The notes beneath the pieces were generated by a model, which saw only the letters and a list, made by a program, of their open reading frames with translations, did not search any database and was not told the DNA's origin. The translations under genes and the position numbers were made by a program. Shown here one piece after another: positions 35,592 through 47,935 of a stretch of 64,000 bases of DNA (the stretch's first letter is position 1; each line of letters opens with the position of its first letter). The DNA lies in contig CM074806.1 of the NCBI GenBank assembly GCA_037447605.1, forward strand, positions 1,674,001-1,738,000, given 5' to 3'. The DNA comes from Zygnema circumcarinatum SAG 698-1b (lineage: Eukaryota > Plantae > Zygnematophyceae).

Positions 35592-35756
35592 GGTGGCTGG
35601 CGCCGCAGCGCAGGGCCGGGCGCGGCCTGAGGCTGCCTGCGACTGCCTGCCTGCAGCACACGGGCTGCACGGCGCGGAGGACAGGCTCGCTGCTGCTGCA
35701 GCTGCTGCTGCCGCGCGCATGCTGCTCCGCCAGCTGTGCCTTCCGCACTCTGCCTC

Positions 35757-38700
35757 ATGGCCCTGTCGAGGCCGCTGCATCTGCTCGCCTTGTCTTCTGT
35801 CGTTCTCTGCACTATCTACGCCTGCATTTTAGCTCGCAAGACTGCAAAAGAAGATGAACAAAACGACTGCTTGATGACGTACATGTATCCAAACTACGTT
35901 CCAATAGCCATCGACGCACCACCTGGCAGGATATTAAACGAAACTTTGGCTTTTGACGAGGTACAAAAGAAAGCAAACTTGTTGTCATTGTCACGCTTTT
36001 ATGTACTTTCAGCCAGCTTTGAGCTATTATGGGATTTATGGGCTTTTTACTAGCAGTGGAATAGTATCGCATTCGCTTTGTGAATGCTTCCATTGTTGCT
36101 TGGCTTCTTGATTCTGGATAAATTACCGAATGAGTAGAAACAACCGAGTCGCGCAGCAGAGCTATACTCTTGACGTTTCTTTCTTGCATTCCCCTCTTCA
36201 GCATTCCTTAGGCACGGCACTTTGCAGTGTGGAGCAGTGATCAGAGCGATAAGTTTCACAAATTAGCATTGCATGCTAGGTAAAATTAAAAGTGAACTTG
36301 AACAATATTGTGGAATGAATTGTAAAGTTTCACGAACATGTGTTCCTCGTGTTGTAGTACACACGCCTTCATGCTATTGCTTACATCAAGAACTTTTCCA
36401 CTCCTGCTTCCACGGTGATACAGGACGACAAAGATGAACGAGGAAAGACTGGAGTAAAAGGAAGGAGTTTTGCTAGTACGTCAACTTCTCCCTCCGCCTA
36501 TGGGCATGAAATAGCAGATTTCTTTATTTGTTTTGTCTTTAATCACGTATAATGGTAGTAGTGGAGCGGTTGTCTAATTCAGGGCCGCATGTGGCTGTAG
36601 AGGCATGTCCCGCCTTTTTTCCATGCAGCTGTTTAGAATTCTTCACCTTATTTGAAGTGCCTTTGGAAGGCAGATTCACATGTTATTATCGCCTCACGCC
36701 TCAAGCAGTGACAATTCTTTTCGAGGCGTTGCAACTCTTACATTTGAAAGTCCTTTGCTGCGATATTTAAAATTATGTTTACCTTATACAGTTTTTTCAG
36801 CATTCGTCCTTTATCCAAATGTATCCGGAGAAGGTGTTATCTAGAGTTGAACCAATAACGTATACTCAAAATCTCCCGGCAACTGCACTGAATCTTTTAG
36901 AAATGTTTTAATTTAAGAGATTTGGAGCACCTGCTTTTCGACCTCTATCAACTTTGTGTATAACTTGAAATTCACTCAAAATCTCCGTCACGATTTCTGC
37001 ATTTATCGCTAAACTCGGCTTTGCTCTGTCTCATTCTATAAGTTATCGTACATCTGGACATAGGGATACATGCTTTTATCCTATCCTCGGTATTTCCTAC
37101 GATGTGTGGCGTGCATATATCTGGAACCCTGTCTGCCCTATGTTTGTCAATGTGTACTTCGGTCTGGTTCTCTTTATTTCGTTAAAATGGAATGGTTGTG
37201 GTCTTCTTGATTGGCAACCACGGAGTTGTTTGACTAGCGACACTAAAAGACTTTTGCAAGCAATGTATGCTTATACATGTGCCCTCACCATTAGCTCATT
37301 GTTGATCAACTACCCCCTTTTTTTTGTAGGGAAGTATGGTTTGTATTTCTATCGAGAAGGCTGGAAGCATGCGAATATCAAGGAATCTCTGCGACGCCTT
37401 TCAGGCGTGCCAGTGCTGTTTATTCCTGGCAACGGAGGAAGCTATCGCCAGGTAGGTGTCTAACTTGAAGGATTTCAAAAGTAGGACACGAAGGTGTTGA
37501 CCTGCCGAGTACAAGCATTGCCGACTTATCATCGAATCAGTCACCTGAGCGGCGAGTCTTTGCGAGATAATTACTCATTGGTCCTAGGCTGCAGTCAAAG
37601 TCTCTGCTGCATTGTTCCATAGTTTTTGTGTGAATGCTTTTCTTGCCGTGTGAATCTTGAATGCTGCTGGTTTTGCAGGCCCGCTCCCTTGCAGCTGAAT
37701 CAGATCGCCTCTTTTCCAGCGGTCCCCAGGATGCATCAACTTACAAGCTGGCAACTCTAACACCTGAGGAGGGTGCTTATTTAAGTGTTCTTGATTCTAG
37801 AAGTGGCAGTCTTTTGTCATCCCAACAAAGTAATTGGAGTGCCTTGGCAGAATGGAGAGCAGCTATGGGACAAAACAAAACTGCAGAGTTTCCGAACAGG
37901 CTTGACTGGTTCATGGTGGATTTTCATGAGGAATTCTCAGCTTTGGATGCCAAAATTTCTATGCAGCACACAGAATTCGTGGTGACGGCCATTCACAAGG
38001 TAAGACCTTGCAGCGTGCTTCAGTTGACATCAGTTTTGTAAAGTCTGAGCTGTATAAGCGAATTTCAGAGGCAGCATGCTTTATTTGGCGAATAATGTGC
38101 CTGAAAGGCTGCTGATGTTTATTGACTGATTCGCTGAGTTTTGTTGACTTGTATCATGGCCTAATGAGCTTTTCATTCGACTGCATACCATTGGAACCTG
38201 ACGATTCTTTATAGTCCTGGATTCAAATGCACATGGGACGTGATCTATGTATAGTATAACACAGTCATGTCATATATTGTGTAAATAAGTAGTAAAAATT
38301 CGACTATGATTCATTTGTAACCACGCTAAATGTACTCCATTTGTCGTACTGTGCTGGCTCAAGTTTTCATGATAGCTTAGACTTCCCATTTGTTGGAGCC
38401 AACAGGCCCACAACATGTGTATGACATCCAGCATTATTGGTAAAGTTTGTCGTTACGTGTTAAATATTGCAGATTTTGGAACTATACCAAGAAGTGGTTG
38501 CCGAGCGAAGGGCACAACAGCAGCTTAGCAACATAAAGAGCCTGAACAGGCTGAAGAGATTCACGGATGACGCTCCCGAGCCAGAACAACCATCAAGTGT
38601 ATTGCTTGTAGGCCACTCAATGGGAGGAGCCATTGCCCGTGCTGCTGTTGTCCATCCACAACTGAAGCCAAAGAGCGTGAATACTGTCATCACACTTTCC

Positions 38701-41700
38701 AGCCCTCATGTGTGAGTGAGCGGCGTAGCTTTGCTCCGAACAGGTCCTGCCAGTCTCAACCATACTGCTACAGGTGAACTGCATTTGGGAGTGTCTAATA
38801 AAAGTTCTGGCATGTGTTGCGCATCGACGCGTGGCAATCATGGCACGCCTTTCACCATAAGCTGTGTGCTCTATGACCGGGCCCATTATTCTTTGTGTGC
38901 CGACAGGTAATAGAATTTTATAGTGGTTGGAGGCCTGGCCGTCCCAGCTGTGATACCTTATGAAGGCTCTGCCTTCCATATTCGTGTACATGTTTTGATA
39001 GCACATGTGAGCCTGAGCTGATATTTGATTATTGTTTTGATCACAGAGCACCTCCAATTGCCAGTCAACCGGCCCTTGTTCAGTGGCTTAGTGGAGTGAA
39101 TAAGTCTTGGCGGCAGCTTTTACAACCTAATCGGGATGGAACAGCTCCAGATCTCGCAAATTTGTTGGTTGCTTCTATTGCTGGAGGAACGAAGGACAAC
39201 CAGGCAAGCATCTAGCCCATCACATCGTGTAAGTCTCGCAAAAGGGAATGAGCATCTGCTCATCTCATTTGCAAGTGTGGCAAGTGTGTTTTATTACGAA
39301 CATCTTTATAGATAAAAAACTGTTATTATCACCTCTTCTTGAGTTAGTTTTCGGTTAATGAAGAATGACACAATAAGCAGTTACAGACCGTGGGAAAGTC
39401 GTACCGTGCTACGTGCTAACACCTTGCGACAAGGTCATGGTCTAAACATTTCCACTGATTAGCATAAGTGAAGGCCTCCAACTGGAGTAGTTTCTGAGTC
39501 ATTATCTAAGCTTCGCTAGCCGTTCAAACACTTTTTCGGTATGGTTGGGTTTCCTCAAAGTGCAATTATGTATGGAGCACGCCTTTATTCCCTAGGTCAC
39601 TTTTCACTTTACTGCAGAAGATGGACTGATAGTGGCCTTCCGAAGACTAAACATGACGTGAAACCTAGAAGCTGGCCATTTGGATTTTTACCCTGCTGTG
39701 CCTCTCTTGTTTAGGTTCAGGCAGTCACGAAATTCTTCTTGTAAATCACTCTCAATTGAGATCTTACTTTTTCTGTGCCTGAGTGAGGGCAAATTGGAAG
39801 TCCTTAGCCAGCCACTTCTTGAACACTGTTGCAGGTTCGATCGGCGCTGTCTCACCTGGACGACCTCGGACCGTCCGGTTTCTTTGTGACAGCGGGGACA
39901 ACCAGCATGCCTTCTGTCTGGCTCTCCACGGATCATCTGTGCATCATGTGGTGTAACCAGCTCGTAGTCCAGGTGTGGAAGCCGCTCTAACCGTTCTGAC
40001 GACATACTCATGGTCCTCCTTACCTACTGAATAAAAATGCTCCGAGTGCATGTTCACCAAACTCAAGTTCATGTTTAGCAGTTGATGTTGAGGTTTTTGG
40101 CCGGTTGTTTGCCATAGCCCAAATGTTTGTGACATTTTGACATTGAAGCAACCTACACACAGCCAGGCGAGCAATTCAACCGATAGTCACTGCAGTAGTT
40201 GTATCCTTGAAGTTCACGATAAAGGTAAGGGAATGCTATCCAAATAGGTGAACACTTCCGTCGAAGATATCCGGAAAATGAGACTTGGAGGGTTGGCAGA
40301 CCAAGGAGGGACGTGCTTAATTATATGCATCAGATTACTGTGGTTCTGAGCTTTATAGGGCATTTTCTTATACATGCTAACTAATGCAAAGAGTTCAGTC
40401 TTGCTTGCTTGAATTGTGCTTTGTTTCTTTTGGCGCTTACAGGTGGCAACCGCTATCCTTAATTTAGTCGATCCGAAAAGCAGACAGCTGCATGCAGACC
40501 CTGTACATCGGCATGCCATTTTGGCAAGTCATTTTCGGAGCGCCATACCACAGTCCTTCGGATGGCTTCCTACGGCTTCATCTGTACTTTCAGATCGTCG
40601 TCAAAACAGCTTACTTCTAGGTACTGATTCTACCCGTCAGTAGTCCTTGCCAATTGACGAGGCTATTCTATGCCTGTTGAATGAAGGTTGTCGAGACTGA
40701 AAGCTGCCACTGTATTTTGCCTCGTGCTTTTCATTTAATTGTGTGCATCCGGATGTCATGAAAACTGGATCTGGGGAACGATGGTAGACACTTGGGTAGA
40801 CACTTAGGACAGGGCGGTGGAACGAACTTCAGAATTTTATCATAATGCTGAAAACTTTTTCTTGGTTTTCCATTTGCGATCCAACTTTGTAGCCTTTTTC
40901 CTTTGTTTCTATTGCACAGGTAGCGACACAGAAATCAATCGCAGCTCAAGATCATCTGCATTCAACGGCTCGGAGGAGGTTTTTGCTGCAACAGGAGAGT
41001 GTCCACCAATCCCAAGTTGGATCATTGAACCGCAGGTGAGTAATGTCCATGCTCATAGTACGGGAGATGGATGCCTTGAGGTGCACACTGCATGCGATTT
41101 GGACTTATAATTTTGGCGGTTATCTATTCCATGTTGTTGTTCATTTGACACACCCTTTCTTTGTTACGCCTTTAGCTTTGACGTAATTTAACTATGCCTA
41201 TGTGGCTGGGGCTGTAGCAAACAGATATTTTTGCTGAGACGTCCATGGTAACTGTTACCGCTCGAGATGGTCGAAGGCGCTGGATGAATATCCAAGCATG
41301 GGTAGGTCCTCGAATTTTCCACTGTGCCTCGCTGACTGCCTCTGTTGGCAGACCTTTAGCGGCAGTTCCTCTTTACTGAAGGTTGAGTACAACATTCTTG
41401 CAACTTTACTCGTTTCTTTTGTTTTTCTTGGGGTGAGGATGTCTGGTTAAGTGAGAGATGACACGTGAGGAGGATGCCATAATGTGTGATAGGACGGGCT
41501 GGCTCACTGTCCAGAGCCGTTGGTTTTCATTTTCCTCCTTTCATTATCTACTTCAGTATTTGCCTCCACCTTAGCTCGTCGGTTCGACTTTAGAAGGATA
41601 CACGCTGTCCCCGGCGAGTTGAAAAGGCGAATGCTTGAAAACAGACATGGGGTCATACTTCTGCTGCTGTTACAGGCTTCCACCTGATTAATCCTTGGAA

Positions 41701-44700
41701 GCAGATACTTATTGCAAGCTATATTTCTATGGCTTGCAGGCAAGCAAAGGAAAAGACCATTTGGTGGTTGTGACTAGTCTGGTACCCTGCCAAACCATTC
41801 GCATTCACTTGTGGCGAGCCAGTGTGGCCGGCTCTCAGTCTTCCCCTGTGGAGATTACGCGGCACTTGCTGCCCCTTCCGTCGGGCAGCCACCGTGTCAT
41901 GGTCAGCCACCATCCCCGTTTAGTTGTCTGTGGGTTGGCACCTTGCTTAGCTTTACTTCTGTCGTTGAATAAAGAAGCTCCCCAATATGCATGCACCTCT
42001 ACCTGGAGGCCCTGCCGTACACTTCCGATATATCGATCATATCCAGGAGCTAGCTTGCTAATTTGTAGCTTTCAGTCTGAAATGTACGTTTCAATGAGTT
42101 TCACTGGCAAAGTTGCACTTCAATCTATCATTGATAAGCATGATTCTACTTCTGAAGCTGTGATGACGAATCTAAAGGTCATTGAGGTCGACTCAAGCTT
42201 TTGATGCCAACCTCGTGTTCTTTCTCTCGCTCACAACCATAAAAGCGTAACACTTGGTGAGCTTTGTTTCAGAATAAGCATGGGAAACTCAGAAACCAAC
42301 CAGGCCCAACGGGCTTGTTGCTGCTTTCTCCAGCCGCAATGAAGGACTTTCGGTTTCTCACGCTATCAATTGCTCCTCCACCGGTATTTTTTCCACACCA
42401 TTTGTTTTAGACACTGTTCTGCAAGCCCACGAAATGCTTCACAGAAGTTGCTGACTTGTGATATTCTGAAAGTGTATTTCTCAATCCTGTTCAGGTGAGA
42501 AAATAATGAGAGAATAATATAGTCTCTAAATCTTGCTTGTTACGCTACAAATTTTATGTCTGGGTTCCCAAGTGCTTCATCCATGGGCAATTGGTTTTTT
42601 GTGCCTTTCATTCTCTCAAGGCTTGCATACTTTCGTCCGCCAGGGATTCTCAACAAGCACCCCCTTGTTTGAATTCCGTTTCTGTTTTGCAGGCAGGCTC
42701 TGGTGGCCGCTCAACAATTGCAGCCATGGCCATCGCTCAGTTTTACAGAGGGACCGATGCAGTTATCCCTATTTCTGCCATGTGGCTCCTATCCACTTTA
42801 TTCAAGCATCGTGTATGTATACATAAGCTGGCATAACCCTTTTGGCAGAAATTATTGAATTGATTTCTGTCCTGACTGTTTTGTTTGTCTGTCTGTCTGT
42901 CAGCTTCTCGACCTCATATCTGACGAATTGCTCGTTCTGTATTCTATCAATTGCAACCTGTTTAATCATTTCCGAGGCCTGGTTTGAAAGTTTCTTGCAG
43001 TCATTTTCTATTGCTAACCAATTGACCAGATGTGTTCCATGGTGAATAAAGATTTGCCTCGGCTGCCCTCTAGAGTCTTGAGCCCGGATAAAAAATCTCC
43101 TAAATGTTGGTGCAGAAATGTTTCACGTATATAAACAGTGCGACTGAACGACTGCGAATTGTTTTTCAATTGGCATTGTAGTCTATGGTGATTGTCGTTT
43201 AGTGCGTAATTCCCTTTAAGGAATTTTGTTTGGCAGGAAGTTGAGGTGGAGGAGGGCCATGCTTTAATGTTGAAGATGGACCTTCGCGTAAGTCCGGGCT
43301 TGCTCCCTCTGCGATTGCGATGCAATGCCACACAGTGTGGGCAGGCCGAGGGCTACAAGTTGGATCCACAGATCGACTCTTCAGGTCTGGCATTGGCCGA
43401 AATGGCCACCCTTCATTGCCCGCTTTTAGAGTTGTTCACTTGTATCTCATCCACTCGTTGTTTTTTTTTCCAAACTAGCAGCATAAGTCCATGCTACCTG
43501 AAACAAGGTTCCCTACGGTAGAAGCTGGTTTTCTTTGCCATGTGGTGCACGGTCAGTACTGCATCTGAAGGCATTTTGAAAAACGATTGCAATCGAGGAC
43601 GTCTAAGTTATTTAATCATTGTAGATTACACTTTATTTGCAATTGTTTGATAAAACACATGCATTCTATAGTACAGATTGTTAATAAGTGGTCAGCGGAA
43701 GGATTACCAAGTTGTTGGATTTTGAATAGGGATGTTAGATTTGATGGTGATGACTATGCTGTTGGATTGAGCATTGTTATTTCGAGCCTATGCTGTATGT
43801 ACAAAGGTGCTTTGTTCTGGGTCTTAGGCACTCAAGCTGGCTTGGACTAAGTATTTGCTTTTTCCCACCCGATTGGCATTATCTCGTTCTCATATTTCGT
43901 TGGATGAAGTGAACAGCTTCACCGTCTGCCACCGTGTGATATGATCCTCTATTTTGTCGCACTGTTTCATATGGCTTCTATCTGTGACTGTGTGCAGGCG
44001 AATCCTGGTCTGCCCACTCGTGCAGAGTAGGCTGCTTTCCTCCAACGGCCATTCTGTGGGATCCCCATGCGGAGCACGAGGTCATTGTCCCGGCTCTGCG
44101 CTCAGAGCTGCTGGTGACTGATTCCCCTCCAGCAGTGTGGAGAAAGCCGAGCGCCTGGAAACAATCAACATCGCAACTTATTATTCTTGTGAGTTAACCT
44201 TGCCATCCTTGTGCTTTCACTGGCGCTGAGACTGTTGTTTTGGACTTGGAAAAGTGGAATTAAGCGACTGACCTGAATACCATGATAGTCAATACAGAGC
44301 TATGGAGTTATTTGAAGTTGGAGAAAGCTTTAGCATGCAGCAGCTTAATAAGATGAAACAATCTTGAGCAGCAACCAACGTTTAATCTTGTCAGCAAACG
44401 AGAGTGACAGTCAAAGCTTATGGCTGTCATTTTTTTTTTCTGGAATGGTTGAAGCGGCTGCTTGTCCACACGAGATGTAACGTGGGGTGGGGTTGTGGTT
44501 GACATGCCAGCTGGACCCCCATTGTTCATACAACCTAACCATAAGGGCTTCTTTGGAACATGCGACACTTCGATTCTTTGTCAGCCATGCCCCACAAGTG
44601 AGCGATTGGCTCTCTTCGCCCTTCTTATTTTCTGTGTTCCTGATTTCATTTTCCACACTGGAATATACTTAGGGATTTTATGCACCTAAACCATCTCTGC

Positions 44701-47290
44701 AGTCAGCTTTGAAACGGCTTTTGACTGGCCTTTGATTGATTGATTGCCTTTGTTGGCCTGAAAGGGAATCACTATCTGAAGAGTTGGAAGGCCATTCAAA
44801 CGATGTGGCAATGATGCTGAGTCTCAGCCCGAAAGAAATGCAAACGTTCTTTAGACCCTGCATTCTGCTACGTAGAAGCTCGTCACTTTGCTGCCAAGTG
44901 GCTGTCATAATTTGAGCTGGCACAACTGCAGTGCCGCCTCTTCGTAACCTTTTTGGTCTGCGGATGATGACAAGGATCTGTCCCGTAAAGCGCACGTTTT
45001 GATCCGCGTGCTTACCACCTCTAAAATCAATGGCGTGCTTGACAGATCGCTGCCTTGGCAGCTTCGGCCCTGCTTTTCGCTATCTTTCAGCAAACTACTG
45101 CCTGGGAGCTGGCCCAACCTCTGCCTTCCCTCCTCTCATCATTAGCATGGACGCTCGGCTTCCCATATCCCCTCCTTTTTGAGTGTCTGGGCCCATTGGC
45201 CATTTATCTCACCACAGGCATTTTGAGGGGCAAAACTCCTGATTCATTTGAAGCAGTGGTAGTGGAGGCGTTGGTAACATTTATTATTGCCACGGCAGCC
45301 GTGACCATATTGGCGGTGGGGATTTTATGCATCCTCAACATTGTCTTGGGAGCTTCTTCATTGGCCAAGAGGTAAGGAGGCCAAACTATAGAGACCGAAG
45401 TGTATCCACATAGCAGCAGGGCCAAAGGAGAAAGCTAGAGAAATCAAATGCGCTTGCTCTGCCTTGTAGAACCCAGGCGAGCGCAAGTCTAGGCTGAAGG
45501 GCAGGCAGGCGAACAGGGCTCTCTTTGGCGGAACTACCATGGCTCGTCTGAGTCTAACCTCTGCTCTTTCTTTGCTTGTTTCGCAGATCAAGCTGGGGGC
45601 TGAGTAGGCAGGTGAGATCCTCTGACATCACTGCATTCTTGCCAGATCTAGATGCCCTTTAAACAGAAGGTGCTGAAGGCTGTCTGTAAGCTCCAATGAC
45701 GAGCTACCAACCAAAGGCTTGATCTTGTAAAGTTCAAGCTGCTGGTGTCTTGGCCTTTTGCATTTTGCACGACCAGTTAAGTTCTGATCGTGAATTTGTG
45801 TAAGCTTAAATAAGTTCAAGCTATTGGAGTCAGTTATCATAATTGTCGTCAGGAGTGGCATCGTCATGTGACCGGCGGTCATGTGAGCGTCCAGACTGTT
45901 TGGCCATAGAAGCTGTATGAGCCAAGCTTTTGTGGTGCTCATTTTCTATTTTATATTTCTAGTCTATGGGCTATTTCATTATAATCTGAAATTATGTTTA
46001 ACATTAAGACATTGCTTGCTCCAGAGTACAGTTGAATTGGCACGGATATGTCCTTGGCCTCTTTGTGGCGCAATCTTCCATCCAACACCTTGCACTGCTG
46101 CTTGTAGTTTGCTCCATTTCTTGTAGGCCGCCTCCCAAATGTGTCTGCTGTGTTGGACAGGTATCGCAGGTGTCCAACTTGCCTCAGAGAAGGTTAGGAA
46201 TGGGAGCAGCAAGCCTGTTCTTCACTTTTTTCGTCCATCCCTGTCTTGGACTTCTCATTCTCCTCTTCTTGGAGGCTTCCGTGACGATTGCCTCTCTGCA
46301 GAGGTGTGTTCTTTTTGGAGGCCCTGTCCCATAATCACCCTGTTGTTAGACTCCGCAGTCTACTGCATTGACATGCAGTGGCCAATACTGCTAGTTAGTG
46401 CACTTCAGTTCTTTGCATTCCATTCAACATGCAACTCTTTCCTTGCATGTGCGTTTCTGTATTAACTCGTGTCCCTTTGTCTGCCATACCCGTGTGTTAA
46501 GCTGCCATTTCTGTGCTCACCCTTCAACGGATCAGTTCCTCTTATGCAGGTTTCATTCAGCACAGATTGGAACCATGAAAGAGGGGGCTGAGATTTGGGC
46601 CGCCAGTCAAAGAGATGGCGGCATCAAGGGCTCAGGTAGCGATGTGTTGAGGAAAAGCAAGAATGAGTTCGTGGAGGTTGATGTGCTAGGGAGTGAGCAC
46701 TTGGATGTATTTCGTCACCGCCACGCGATCCTTGTTCTACATTTCCTCGCATGTTCATTTCTTCTTCCATCACTTGTCGCATGGATGAGGGTGAGTGACA
46801 GATTTCCTCAAATGACTCTTGTGGCATGTTTTGCGGAAGACTTGTGCTTAATGGGAGGACTCATGTTTATTTCAAACGGCTCTATGTTGGATTGACTCAA
46901 TTCTTTTCTGACTCAACTGGGACTTATTTTTCTATGCAGAGACCGATGTTTCATTTCGCCATTCCCTCTCTCGTAGATTCTTTACCTGTTTCCCTGATCC
47001 TGGCTCACGGCTTCCTTTCTTTCAATGTTGAAACGAATTCGTCACCACTCCCTTCGACTTCCGCATCTTCTTTCCTATCCTCCAAAACGAGCTTTGGCAT
47101 CAGCGCCATCTATGCAGTAGCGGGCCTGGCGTCCTTTCTTGCTAGTTTGTCAATGGCCCTCTCCACCGTCCTCTACTCAATAGCAGCCGTTGGAGGCTCA
47201 ACGCTAGCCCTTTATGTGCTGGACATCAGAAGAGAAGGCGGCACAAGGGCAGGCTGGCTGCTTAAGGGGAGGCACGAGCACCATCACTAG
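35757..47290 (+). CDS. PGAP1: GPI inositol-deacylase (PGAP1/BST1 family alpha/beta hydrolase), ~20 exons, two GC-AG introns
   Basis: N-terminal TM segment, then [72 protein letters not shown] (nucleophile motif), TVITLSSPH, GGTKDNQVRS and WLSTDHLCIMWCNQLV. Later exons give RDGRRRW, DPHCSY and multiple C-terminal TM helices ending HEHHH*. Confidence 0.94.
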
Positions 47291-47935
47291 GTCAGCATAT
47301 CCCCTATTGTGTCCACTCCGTTGGTTCAAATGGGGCCTCGGAAGTGGGTGAAGTTGATGATGGGGAGAGATCATGTGATATTATCGCTGCTACTGAAATG
47401 AAATTCCCTTTTTCTTTTGAAGCGTGAGGTTTGGTCCTTTCAACGCTATCTGCAGATTTTTTTTTCGTGAGCCACTCATTAAGCTACTTGCAAACAGTGC
47501 CGTATGGCGCGGGTCAATCCCACACACTCACGCAGAGGCAGGGGTCCCATCCCCTCAGTAATCTTATCAAGACCGAGTTGTCCCAACCGCACCAGAATGT
47601 GATTCTTTCAGACACGTTCTTTGTTAACACGAATGTTCTCATAACACATGGCATACATTTACAAGATGGTCAGTGAATCCAAGAACAAGGTCTATGTAGA
47701 AGAAGCCAGTAGTCGGTCAAGAACTAAGCCCATATAGCAAACTAGACTATGCTCAGTGGGGTACATAAAATCGGAAGATGACCTCCAATGCGGATAAAAT
47801 TTGAAAAAGAAAACTACGATCCAGTTTGAGGAACCATTTGAGAGGCTGCCGACTGTCCCGAATTCACCTCGGCAGCCATCCGCGGGCAGAAAGAAAGCCC
47901 CTTTTGCAGTCAGTGCGGTGTGGGCACAGCTCAAA

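Noticed and set aside
35719-35832. Short out-of-frame ATG 38 nt upstream of the PGAP1 start
   Set aside because: Weak context and unknown TSS; common by chance in GC-rich leaders.
40201-40209. U12-like GTATCCTTG in PGAP1
   Set aside because: It lies mid-intron; the conserved reading frame uses the upstream GTGTGG donor.
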